A DNA stretch of 64,000 nucleotides from Carcharhinus longimanus (GCA_030264375.1 JASCQW010000112.1:35053178-35117177), one strand, 5' to 3'; numbered from the stretch's first letter, positions 38,360-50,559 are shown. Translations and numbers: made by a program. Notes: a model not told the origin generated them from the letters alone.

Positions 38360-39372
38360 ACAAAGGAAACCTGTTAGTTTAACATCTTTTGCTGGAAACT
38401 GTTGAAATCTATTATTATGGAAGTGGTAACAGGACACTTGGAAAGTCAAAACACAATCCACCAGAGCCGGCATGGTTTTGTGAAGGGTATGTCGCGTTTG
38501 ATTAATTTGCTGGAGTTCTTCGAAGATGTAACAAACAAAATGGATAAGGGGGGTCCTGTAGATGTGATATATCTGGACTTCCAGAAGGCATTCAATATTG
38601 CCACACAATAGGTTAATACAGAAGGTAAGATCCCATGGGATTAGGATAAGTTATTCGCTTGGACAGAGGATTGGCTAACCAACAGAAAGCAGGGAGTGGA
38701 GATAAATGGGTCTTTTCTGGTTGGCAAGCTGCAACCAGTGATGTGCCATGGGGATCTATCCTTGGCTGCTAACTATTTATAGTCTATATTAATGATCTGG
38801 ACGTAGAGATAGAATGCACTACAGCCAAATTCGCAGACAACACTAAAATAGGTGGGAAAGCAAATTGCAATGAGGAAGTAAGAAATTTACAAATAGATAT
38901 GGAAAGGTCAGGTGAATGGGCCTAAATTTGACAGATGGAATTTAACATGGGTAAGTGTGAGGTTATCCATTTTGGTTGCAGGACTGAAAAGCTAATTTAT
39001 TATCTAAATAGAGAGGGACTTCAAAATGCTTTAGTGCAGAGGAAGTAGGTGTGTCCTCTTGTTGGACATTGTAGAACAAGAGGCCATAGTTTTTGACTAG
39101 TGGATGGCAAATTTAAAACAGGAATAAGGACCAATTCCTTCACTCGAAGGGATGTGAATCTGTGGAATTCTTTACCCCAGAGTGCAGTGGATGTCGAAAC
39201 ACTAAACTAATTTAAGGAGGAGATAGATAGGTTTTTAAATAGTAGAGGGATGAAAGATTATGGGGAGCTGACAGGAAGTTGGACAAGAGGCCAAGATGAG
39301 ATCAGCCATGATTGTATTGAATGGCGGAATGGGATGAAGAGTTGAATTGCCTATTCCTGGTTCTTATGTTCT
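38360..39372 (+). mobile_element. CR1/HER1 LINE RT fragment with internal deletion and 3' end
   Basis: HGFVKGMSRLINLLEFFEDVT..MDKGGPVDVIYLDFQKAF and KFADNT motifs; jumps to the 3' end near 39050. Confidence 0.92.
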
Positions 39373-39478
39373 ATGAAACTATTAAAAGTGAATGGGACTG
39401 AAAATAAAAGGGCCCCCAGACCTATCAATCATACATCTTGAGGCAAGTTAGGAAGGAGATTGTGGGGACATGAAACAT

Positions 39479-40578
39479 AGGACCCAATTTTACCATTTTC
39501 ATTTTAGGTGCTGAATCTGAGCGCAATTCAGATCCGACTTGGAAATCTGCTCTCAGGCGCCCCCATACACACTCAGCCTGAAAAAAAAAATCGCTGGTCT
39601 GAATCGCGCTGTGGGAGGGGCTTATTGTGCCCAAAAAGCTGCAGGTCTGATCAGAGCTCTGAACTGCGCATACACAGTGAGAAAATANNNNNNNNNNNNN
39701 NNNNNNNNNNNNNNNNNNNNNNNNNNNNNNNNNNNNNNNNNNNNNNNNNNNNNNNNNNNNNNNNNNNNNNNNNNNNNNNNNNNNNNNNNNNNNNNNNNNN
39801 NNNNNNNNNNNNNNNNNNNNNNNNNNNNNNNNNNNNNNNNNNNNNNNNNNNNNNNNNNNNNNNNNNNNNNNNNNNNNNNNNNNNNNNNNNNNNNNNNNNN
39901 NNNNNNNNNNNNNNNNNNNNNNNNNNNNNNNNNNNNNNNNNNNNNNNNNNNNNNNNNNNNNNNNNNNNNNNNNNNNNNNNNNNNNNNNNNNNNNNNNNNN
40001 NNNNNNNNNNNNNNNNNNNNNNNNNNNNNNNNNNNNNNNNNNNNNNNNNNNNNNNNNNNNNNNNNNNNNNNNNNNNNNNNNNNNNNNNNNNNNNNNNNNN
40101 NNNNNNNNNNNNNNNNNNNNNNNNNNNNNNNNNNNNNNNNNNNNNNNNNNNNNNNNNNNNNNNNNNNNNNNNNNNNNNNNNNNNNNNNNNNNNNNNNNNN
40201 NNNNNNNNNNNNNNNNNNNNNNNNNNNNNNNNNNNNNNNNNNNNNNNNNNNNNNNNNNNNNNNNNNNNNNNNNNNNNNNNNNNNNNNNNNNNNNNACCTT
40301 TGCCGAGCAAGACTGTTTCGTGCCAAATCTGAACACATGAACATGATGGTAAAGGGGGAAATGATGGTAAAGTTGGGCAGCAGCCCATTAATTCAATTTA
40401 AATTCATGCAAAAGCACTTAAATCGCCGTTGCGCCTGTTTTGGGCACAAATCAGATCGTGGCCTTTTTCGGGCCTTGGTAAAGTGAGGATTTGCGCGGGC
40501 TCGGGCGCAGATTGTGTTAATGGCCTACACCTGACTTTACCAAGTTTTCATGCCTGTTATGCAATGTAAAATCGGGCT
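39479..40578. mobile_element. Second copy of the Harbinger-like TIR element (opposite orientation to 26245-27181)
   Basis: ggacccaattttacc...gtaaaatcgggc; internal homology. Confidence 0.8.
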
Positions 40579-40599
40579 TGTAGTCTTCCAAATGGTTTG

Positions 40600-41530
40600 G
40601 AAACATGAATACTGCCAAAGGATTGGAGAGTGGGAAAGACCACACTTATGCTAAAGAAAAGGGAAAGGGTTTAGCCAAAGGATGGAGGCCAACAGCCTTA
40701 TTTTGGCTTTCAGTACACTTCAAGAGTCCATAACAAATGAAGACTGAGGGGCTCATTGGGACAGTTAATTTTGAGAGAGTACTGTTTGATGGATTGAATT
40801 GAACCTCTTGAAGAACTCAGAGTTTATGGATGAAGAAAATACAGTGGGGGTTGTACACATAGACTCCAAGAAAGTATGTTATGAACTGTCACATCAAAGA
40901 CTCATTAAGAAAATTATGATGCATGATATCAAAGTGAATGCGGCCAAATGGATAGAAATCTAGTTGGGAACAGAAAGTAACAATTTGGACCTAAGCACAA
41001 GATGAATTATATCACAGTGACATGAATTATATCACAGTTTGCTGATGATAACAAATTGTGGGCATTGTAAACTGTAAGGAACAATGTAGAAGTATGTAGC
41101 CAAGTTAACAAATTGAGCAGATAGATTGAGTAGGCCACATTTGGAGTACTGCATGCAGTTCTGGACACCCCGTTACAAGAAGAATTTATCTTAGAACTAT
41201 GGAATGGTCACGGACAAGTTTGTTAGTTTGACAGACAGATAGATAAAGAGTTCATAGTTACGAGGAAAGAGTTGAAAAATTGCAGCTGTGCTCCTTGTAA
41301 CAGATTAGTTTAAGGTTGGACATTTTCACAATTTTGAAGAATAAATGAAAGAGGTTGTTTCCATTGGTTGCAAAATGGTCAACAACGAATGAAAATAATC
41401 ATTAGAAGAGAATATGTTTCATACAGTGGAGAATTAGGGCATGGAATTCTTGGCTATTCAAAATGAGGTAATAACAAGTTAAAACAGAATTGGATAAATA
41501 CTGAAAAGGAAAAAGTAAAAGTGCAAGAAC
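40600..41530 (+). mobile_element. Old degenerate CR1 LINE
   Basis: tttgctgatgataac (FADD) and aggccacatttggagtactgcatgcagttctgg (RPHLEYC.QFW). Confidence 0.75.
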
Positions 41531-42142
41531 AAAATGAGTTCCCTCTATGCGGAAAATTTAATGATTCTGTTTATATGCAAGCCTGGCAGAACCTACATCT
41601 TCAATTACAAGCAGGACTAAACTATAGAGCTGTAGCACTGCTGTCCACTCCTACAGCTTAAGCACACACAAAAGCACCAATTCCCTCGATTACTCTTATG
41701 TACAATTGCCTAGTCATGGCGAAGGAATCAGAGACCCACCTGCTGTTAGAATGTGATTATAAATTATGCAAGTAATGTGGTGCAGGCTGAGTGTCCCTTT
41801 ATACAAACACAGTATAGACCCTGTAGTACCTATTTCAGAAAAATTGTCACACTTTGTTAAATTATGTCCTCGGGGTAAAAAGCAGTTGCTTGCACAGGGT
41901 TTAGGAGTCACATTCTACTGCTGAAGTTTACAACTGAAGGGTAATGGTTATACTTATGCAACTGAAATTGTTCTGCTGCTGAGTTTTTCAATATTTTGCA
42001 CGTGCACAGACTTTGATAATTGCACTTAAATCAATCACATGGAAGATTTTGTTTCATAATTTCACGGCATTAGAAACATTGTGTGCATTTTATTAAGGTG
42101 TATCACACAACTTTAAAATTGCAATCTCTTTCTTCCACCTAC

Positions 42143-42236
42143 CTAGTGCTTGATAACTGTCATCTCCTGAGAAATTCCCTTCAATGGTGGTTGACAGGAT
42201 AAAGATTAATGCCTCTTTAAATTGTTCAAAATGTAC
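42143..42236 (-). CDS. NIN: Ninein coding exon 2
   Basis: Read manually; not in the ORF track. ttttttccag|GTACAT..., VHFEQFKEALIFILSTTIEGNFSGDDSYQAL+G|gtaggt. Matches ninein VHFDQFKEALILILS. 94 nt, phase 0 to 1. Confidence 0.95.
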
Positions 42237-42334
42237 CTGGAAAAAATTATAGAAATGAAAAAAGTGTCAAATTGATAAATTAAAAGATGAAGCCAATTAC
42301 AAGTACTTAAAGTACAGTGGCACCTTAATATCAC

Positions 42335-42445
42335 TTTCTATGCCTTTTAGCTTTGACAAAGGGTCATCTAGACTTGAAACATCAGCTCTTTTCTCTTCCT
42401 ACAGATGCTGCCAGTTCTGCTGGGATTTTCCAGCATTTTTTCGAC
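42335..42445 (+). mobile_element. Penelope-like pLTR fragment (family 2) with decayed hammerhead-like motif
   Basis: ttgacaaagggtcatctagacttgaaacatcagc...acagatgctgccag. Confidence 0.6.
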
Positions 42446-42980
42446 TGATTATTACTTAAAGTATAGGTTTGAGAATGCCACAAAGTGGTGGGGTGCAGAA
42501 CCGATAACTCCATACCTTTCCCCACTCCTCTGACATCCAAAGTTTACCATATGATGTTGTCTTCAAAGTCAAATGTGCCGTGGGTTACATTTGGTGTTAG
42601 GGGTGGCAACAAGAGAAAATTGGTGCCATGAAGTTTTCCTGTGGAGAGAAGATATCTAATGGTTGCATATTTTTAAACAAAAGTTAAAAGGAGGAATAAT
42701 GATTGCAACATCCACTCCTGTTTTGCAAATGTTCTCAAAATGTTTGGTTTCTTCACCTTAGCACCTTCTGTTGTTCACTTTTATGGGTAGATGTCTTAAA
42801 AGCCAACAAATATCACCAGTTACAATAGGAGACCAATGTTTATTTAATAAAAAAACTACTTGTACATTTCAGCCATTTTATTACTACCACACGTAAAACA
42901 ACATCATTTCCAGTTTCTTAGGTATTTGCTAGAAACATGTCAAATGCACAATCAATAGAGTTTCTTTTTAATTCTTGATA

Positions 42981-43210
42981 AGAGGTTTCACAACACCAGG
43001 TTAAAATCCAACATGTTTATTTGGTAGCACGAGCTTTTGGAGCAGTGCTCCTTCATCAGGTGAATGATGACCTGATGAAAGAGCAGCACTCAGCTGCTGA
43101 AGGACAGCACTCCAAACGCCCGTGATACCAAATAAACCTGTTGGACTTTAACCTAGTGTTGAGACTTTTTACTGTGCCCACCCCAGTCCAATGCTGGCAT
43201 CTCCACATCA
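42981..43210. mobile_element. Short palindromic Penelope-derived element (copy 2)
   Basis: Inverted arms homologous to 308-508. Flanking direct repeats tttttaattcttgata (42965-42980) and tttttaaatcttaata (43211-43226). Confidence 0.8.
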
Positions 43211-43994
43211 TTTTTAAATCTTAATACCGCTTGTGTTATCATCAAAACTTTGGTTTTGGAAAACAGATTTATCAGAGGTATACTTCACATTATTTGTTTA
43301 TAATAGCTATATGTGATCTAACATTTGTTGCAGTACAAACTTAGCACCTGAAATGACCAATAACATCATGCTGACCTGATAGAAACCTGAACACAAGTAA
43401 CCAAGGAGGGTCAGGGTGGCATCTCTTGATCATCTCTTTTTGGACAGAGAGTGTTTTAAACAGTCAGTCTCAAGTTAGAAAATAGTGCTAATTTCTTAAA
43501 GCTGCACGCAAAAGAGCTGGTGGAATAATCTAATGTGTTTTTGATTGCAAGAACATGTTACGCTGAAAACGGCCCATTTATTTATCCAAGTTAATTGACC
43601 ACCTTAAAGGCGTTTCAGTGATATAAATATTTTCTTTGGCAATTTAATGAAATATGGGACAAATTACTATTTAGTTCCCAGTGAATAAACACGACAATTA
43701 GCAGGTGTTTGACTTTTTCAATTTCATTTACAACTGTATACAAACAAGCAAAGACACAATAAAAAGTGGTTGTGATTAAGGTGCCACTTGACAATGCACT
43801 GCTACACTGCTAAGGAAATTACCTTTGATCCTTCTCAGAGCAGTAACCCTCCATCAGACAATGGGGATGAAGCTCTGAGAGAACCATCCCAGAAATTGCT
43901 GCTGATTACAGTGCAAAGTTACTGCTCAATAAAATGAAAATGTCATATTGTGTTGAAGGCAAAATGAATGTAACACATGTACACTTGGAACTCG

Positions 43995-44303
43995 CAATGG
44001 CACAGTGGTCTCACATCGTCAGGAATGCAGGTTCAATTCCTGCCTCGGGTAGCTCTCTGTGTGGAGTGTGCACACGCACTCTCAGTGTCTACGTGGGTTT
44101 TTTCCGGATGCTCTGGTCTCCTCCCATACTCCAAAGATGTGCAGGTTAAGTTGATTGGCTGTGTTAAATTGCCCCTTAGTGTCAGAGCGATTAGCAGGAT
44201 AGATTTGTAGGGTTACAGGTATAGGGCCTGGGTGAGATTGTTGTCAGTGCAGACTTAATGGGCTGAATGGCCGCTTTCTGCACTGCAGAGATTCTATGAT
44301 TCT
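43995..44303 (+). mobile_element. HE1-type V-SINE
   Basis: Head, V-domain and tail. Confidence 0.88.
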
Positions 44304-44323
44304 AGTTTTCAAATCTTCTCTCA

Positions 44324-44409
44324 GAACGCTTCACGAATTTGCACGTCATCCTTGCGCAGGGGCCATGTGTTCACTGTATTGCTCCAATTTTAGTATATGT
44401 GCTGTCGAA
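44324..44409 (-). pseudogene. RNU6: U6 snRNA pseudogene
   Basis: Reverse complement TTCGACAGCACATATACTAAAATTGGAGCAATACAGTGAACACATGGCCCCTGCGCAAGGATGACGTGCAAATTCGTGAAGCGTTC aligns to U6. ACAGAGA box mutated, internal deletion, both ends truncated. Confidence 0.93.
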
Positions 44410-47400
44410 ATTATTTCTGGTCTTTTATGAAATTGTTTGATACATCTAGTATCAAACAGTTACACAAAAGAATAGAAATAGATACAAATAATGGAACCAG
44501 ATGCAATAAATTTGCTAGATTACCACGTCAAAGACAAGTTGATTTTCATTTACCGGCATTTAAACTCTGTTAAAGTGCAAAATGTACAGTGCCTTTAGAG
44601 AGATAAGGGGAACCTGACAAAATAATAAATAAGATGGAGTATATTTGCAATCATGTCAATTGTGAACTATGTGAGATACCAGAAAGTTGCATCATTTTAT
44701 GGTGGTTAAAGGTATTGTAATTGTTACAATAATCACCTGAATATTTTGGTCAGTGTGTAATCATCTGGCTTAGCTCCATGAGCAATATCTTGACATTAAG
44801 GAATTTCATTGGATCCTCGTCATTAGACAAGGCTAGTATATTTTTAGATCTGCAAATTGTTTTTCATTGGAGAGCCAATATTTTACATCTTCTTATTGTG
44901 CAATGAATACAGCATTTTAGCTCCGGTGTGTTCGATAATAGAGTACAAGGACTTCTTTAAACCATTTTAACAGTTCAGTAAAGCGTAGCCTCCACTTTTA
45001 ATCTAGGTTACAGACCAGTAACAAGGTCAACCAACAGGACATCAAATCACTGATCCAATCTTCTTCAGAGGTGACAACAGATGTTGCATGACGGTGAAAA
45101 GAAAATACTTCAGCAGAATGCCCTGCCTTCAAAAAAAGGGGTAAACACTCCTACTGTGTATTTTTGTTATATTGAAAAGGAATACCCATTGTTGGGCAAA
45201 ATCAGAGCATCTCCTGGGCTTTGCAGTGTGTAATTCCGTGCATTCACTGTGTAATGTATTCACTGAGTGGCTATATCACCAAGACATGGGTCTGAAAGTG
45301 AGCAGCTGCACAGTAACAGATGGCTCCTTTCTCAACTGGAAACAATTCCACTAGCAACATTTTAAATAAACTCAAGTACATTACTGCATGGACCAGAAAA
45401 GAACTGCCCAAAGAGAGTCAAATAGAATTTAACAAAATGGGATTTTTCACTCATATTTGAGAACAGCCATAAAGCAATTTTCTGCAGAGTAAATTTTACT
45501 CTTAGAGAAATGGCAACGAAACATGTCACTTTGCAAATTGCTCCACAAGTAAATGTATTACAATCGTCAATCACTGATGAAAGGACTGTGGGATGTTACC
45601 TTGGTCTCAGCACCCAAGATGAGGGAGGGGAAAGACATGACAGGCTCCTGACTGCTAGCTAGTGACTCAGACTGCAAAAATGCATCCATACAAGTACACA
45701 ATGTAATACACAGTCCCATAGTCAAAATAAATCTAGAAGAACTGACAGTTTATTGAAATTGCCAGAAGACAGAACTGTATATCAGTATGTGTATTAACTG
45801 TATGTTATTCTCTTCAGAAGAGAATAATAAGAAATGGAACAAAATTGGGATTTTATATCAAGAAGACCGTACTGAAACAAAACAGAAAATGCTTAGTTTA
45901 GATTAAACAAATTTAAGCTGAATAGTTTTGGCTTTCTTAACCTCATTCTATAAGGAATCAGAATAGTCAAATGTAAACTTTTAAGAGGAGGTTGTTTAAA
46001 GGTAAATTGTAGCACAGTATTCCTATATCTGTTGTGCTATCCCGAAGAAAAGAGTAAAAAGGCACTTTCACTAGGGATATGATTTGATCTGTATGAATAA
46101 AAGAACAGATTTAAGGAACAGCAAAGCCTTTTTCAAATAAAACATTTTCCACCTGGCTTCTTATTCCCTTTTTGTTATTCTCATTTCCAGCGAGCCAGCT
46201 GTTAATGGGGGTTGGGATTGTGGTTTTTTTAAATGTCTGTGGGAGCAGCTGTCCCCTATGTTATACAACAATTGTGCCAACGATAGTGGAGCACCTTGTA
46301 ATCTGCAAAAAGATTCAAACAGAATCTATCAGGCTCCAACCGAAGCAGGTCCTTCAGAAAAATCAAACAGTAATCTGCACTATTTAACTGAGTGGCAAAA
46401 TTTGCTCTGCATTTATTCTGTGCTTTTTTTCAGAAAAAAATATAAACTTCTGTGCCGAATTTGTTGGAACAACCACTCAGTACTACATTCTCCAAACAAA
46501 ATGAGCGAATTTAGTTCTGGGTAAATTTTAGAAACTTCGGGCTGGCTAACAGTTGAGAGGTCTGTACACACAGAGCAATCTAACGTACACAGCATTGACA
46601 GGGACATGAACAATATTCAAAATAAATAATATTGGGGACAAGGGAGCTCAAAACTATTCCACTCAGTTTGTAAATGGGAAAATTAAATCCACAGAAAGTG
46701 GTGATTTGCAGGTGTAGAAATCCATTTACACCACGGATTTGCAGCAGACTCAATAGGAAATAAGTGACAAATGCAACACAGTCAGATGAGCCAAGTGGAT
46801 ATCAGTGATTTACTACAAAATCCATCTTTTAATTTTGCTATCCTCCCTCCTTCCACACAGATTATTATGCACAGATAGAGAGAGGAGAGAGAGAAATATA
46901 TAGGGATAGCAATATATGTTTATTTTCTAAGCATTAACTGGGCAAACAGCACTACTATCAACTAAGCAGTCACTGCAATTCTAGTTTATGACTGCCCTCA
47001 ATTTGTATACAACACTGAAATGTCATTCACATTTATCACAGCTAATATCCAATTCCATTCACACCAACATTCTGCAATTACAGAAGAGACAGCACAATCA
47101 ATCATGTTCTTCACTTAAAACAAGTGGATTCATACAGTTACACTTTAATAGAAGCATGTTGCATAGCAACGATTAATATATTGGTACAAGATCTCTATAT
47201 ATCGTAATACTATTTTCATATCACTGTACATTAAGTGAGTTTTCCATGAAGCAAGTAACAGAGGTAAAGTGGAAGCAAGGGGAGAAGGAAGATGCCATTA
47301 TACTGAACACAATTCCAACAAAAGTAAATTGAACATTTAATTTTTACAATTGATAGAGTTCTGTAAAGCGAGTTTACTGTTAAACAAATCAGACTCATTA

Positions 47401-48459
47401 TAAAGAGAGAAGGGTTCACTTCAAAGTCCAGCTATTTGTACCTCCATTATATTCTAGGTTTGTTACATTTGCCAAGACTTGCGAGCAGAAGTGATGATCA
47501 CGCTGAGATTAATTATCATGCGGCCTGTTTTTCCTTGTTTCTTTTACACAGTTCTCTGCGCCATTCAACTATATGATTCTCAATGCTGCAAGTGAGAAAA
47601 CCTTATTTCATGCTTTACTTTTCAGTAAGTAAGTGCAATTTTCAAACCCCAGTAAAATATTTACACTTGCAGCTGATGGCAGGCAAGCCATATGTTTGCT
47701 AACATAGTTACACTTTCATTAACAAAAACTGAAAAGCGCATTTAGATGCCAGTGTGAAACAAGCATGTTGGGTCCGAGTAAATGGGACACATTTGATAGC
47801 AAGTCAGGCTCCAGGTGCTGAAGCACATAACAGTCCAACCAATCACCCTCCATCAATTGTACACAAACAGGCCTGGATCCTTTACTGTGGTGCCATTATA
47901 AACTGCGCGGAATGGGTATCAGACAGCCAGCTGAGACCCAGCAGTAACCTTGCAGTTGCAGAAGGACTGACGGCCAAGAGGACATGGTGAACATGGCTCT
48001 ACGCAACTGATTTGCTAGGATTCCCTGTTAGTTGAGCAAAATCCACGCAGAGAGTTGTGAGGCTGTGGAATTCACTGCCAGAGTTGGTGGCTAAGGAAGA
48101 AACGACAGCTACATTCACAATCAGATTGAATAAGCTGATGAAAGAAAGGGTGTTAAAGGGTTGTGCTAGAATGAGTGGCTGTATAGTGAGTAAATGTGAA
48201 TAAAATTATTTGCTTGTGTGGGTGGTAAATGCTGCCACAGTTTCTGTTTTGGGTTAAATGATCTGTTTTTGTGTTGTTGCTTCTATGTATTCCTACAAGC
48301 CAGTGCTACTAATGTAGATCCTAGTGCCATACAAAAACAGCTGGAGAATTGGAGAGCACAGTATAAGAGACGGTTCTTTAAATTTTGGGATAAGTGTCCA
48401 AAACCAAAGGCAAAGATCTCAAGGTAAAAGCCTTCTGAACATAATGGCATTGTATGAAA

Positions 48460-49610
48460 TGAGGTTGGCACAGTAAGAAGTCTCACAACACCAGATTAAA
48501 GTCCAACAGGTTTATTTGTTAGCAAACGCCACTAGCTTTCGGGGTGCTGCTCCTTCGTCAGGTGAGTGNNNNNNNNNNNNNNNNNNNNNNNNNNNNNNNN
48601 NNNNNNNNNNNNNNNNNNNNNNNNNNNNNNNNNNNNNNNNNNNNNNNNNNNNNNNNNNNNNNNNNNNNNNNNNNNNNNNNNNNNNNNNNNNNNNNNNNNN
48701 NNNNNNNNNNNNNNNNNNNNNNNNNNNNNNNNNNNNNNNNNNNNNNNNNNNNNNNNNNNNNNNNNNNNNNNNNNNNNNNNNNNNNNNNNNNNNNNNNNNN
48801 NNNNNNNNNNNNNNNNNNNNNNNNNNNNNNNNNNNNNNNNNNNNNNNNNNNNNNNNNNNNNNNNNNNNNNNNNNNNNNNNNNNNNNNNNNNNNNNNNNNN
48901 NNNNNNNNNNNNNNNNNNNNNNNNNNNNNNNNNNNNNNNNNNNNNNNNNNNNNNNNNNNNNNNNNNNNNNNNNNNNNNNNNNNNNNNNNNNNNNNNNNNN
49001 NNNNNNNNNNNNNNNNNNNNNNNNNNNNNNNNNNNNNNNNNNNNNNNNNNNNNNNNNNNNNNNNNNNNNNNNNNNNNNNNNNNNNNNNNNNNNNNNNNNN
49101 NNNNNNNNNNNNNNNNNNNNNNNNNNNNNNNNNNNNNNNNNNNNNNNNNNNNNNNNNNNCAGCACGTCTTGCAAAGGTTGCTGTGGCAGGTTTGTGTGGT
49201 GTCGTGGTCACTGTCCTCCATATACACAGGATCTGCTCCGTATACACAAGATGAGGAGGATTGCAACAGACATTTCCAGATGCTGAAAGATGCTCTCAGA
49301 AGAACAGGATATGGCGCTCGACTCATCGATTGACAGTTTTGACTCGCCACAGCGACAGACCGCACCAACCTCCTCAGAAGACAAACACGGGACACGGTGG
49401 ACAGAGTACCCTTCATCATCCGGTACTTCCCCGGAGCGGAGAAGCTATGACATCTCCTCTGATACCTTCAACACGTCATTGATGAAGACGAACATCTTGC
49501 CAGGGTCATCCCCACACCCCCACTTCTTGCCTTCAAACAACCGCACAACCTCAAACAGACCATTATCCGCAGCAAACAACGCAGCCTTTAGGAGAACAGT
49601 GACCACAACA
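48460..49610 (-). mobile_element. Penelope-like retroelement, 5'-truncated, with inverted 5' segment
   Basis: pLTR at left. Minus-strand DSDHDTTQTCHSNLCKTC (Cys-rich linker preceding GIY-YIG). Plus-strand segment 49215-49610 encodes the frameshifted RT C-terminus (..MLKDALRRTGYGARLID..). Confidence 0.85.
48530..48564 (-). ncRNA. Minimal type I hammerhead ribozyme motif (PLE pLTR)
   Basis: CAC-CUGACGA-A-GGAGCAGCACCCC-GAAA-GC-UA-GUG: intact core boxes, short helix I, palindromic AGCU in place of helix III; helix II has mismatches. Confidence 0.6.
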
Positions 49611-49911
49611 GGTGGTCAACAGAGGAATGAAGGGATCCCAAGAAGGGATTGTGTTGTGGAGGGCTGGCAAAAGGTTATTTTTGCTCTAGCAGAAACGGAA
49701 AGATATGCTCAAATTTTCTGGTAGTGTCTGTGCAAGGATAAATCAAGGTTAAACTTGGTTCAGATTATGGGCCTGAAATGTTGATTCTGTTTCTCTCTCC
49801 GCAGAAAGTGCCTGGCTTGTGTAGTATTTATATTTCAGATTTCCAACATCCGGCACTTTGTTCTCCTATAATATGCTGCATGCTTGGCATTTGAAAATGT
49901 GGCTACCTTCA

Positions 49912-50219
49912 CGGCAGTATGGTGGCACAGTGGTTAGCACTACTGCCTCACAGTGCCAGAGACCCAGGTTTGATTCCAGCCTCGGGTCACTGTCTCCCTG
50001 TGTCTGCATGGGTCTCCTCAGGTGCTCCGGTTTCCTCCCACACTCCAAAGATGTGCAGGTTAGGCTAGCTGGCCATACTAAACTGCTCCTTAGTGTCAGG
50101 GGGATTAGCAGGGTAAATACATGGAGTTAAGGGAATAGGGACTGTGTGTGAGATTGCAGTCAGTGTAGGTTTGATGGGCTGAATGGCCTCTTCCTGCACT
50201 GTAGGAATTCTATGATTCT
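49912..50219 (+). mobile_element. HE1-type V-SINE
   Basis: Head, V-domain and tail. Confidence 0.9.
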
Positions 50220-50559
50220 TCCATTTAAACTGAGAAAATATTTATCACTCAATACAAAGGATAAATTTTCTCTTAATAAAACCTACTTATGTGGATAAAA
50301 ATAGCACATGATTGCAGGTAAATTGGTTGGTGCTAGAATGTTTTGCCATTTTTGAACTTGGAAATGAAGCCAGGAGTCACACACCAATTGAAAATGCTGC
50401 TGTTTGTTGGAGATATTCTCATTTGTACATGGGATTGTTGTATGCAGTTCTTGTGAGCTTCAAGCCTTTGTGGTATTATTATCCAGAAATTGGAAAAGGC
50501 CAGGTTCAGAAAAGCAGACATAGTTTTGTGTAGTTGTCTGACAAAGCTCTGGTTGTAAA

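Noticed and set aside
39425-40486. Long ORFs of 200-315 aa (also at 31810-32607 and 48512-49419; shorter ones at 26420-27116)
   Set aside because: They are mostly runs of X from N gaps and are artefacts.
48299-48423. Possible plus-strand exon (ASATNVDPSAIQKQLENWRAQYKRRFFKFW..., ends AAG|gtaaaa)
   Set aside because: No recognisable homology, weak acceptor, no partner exons, and wedged between repeats.
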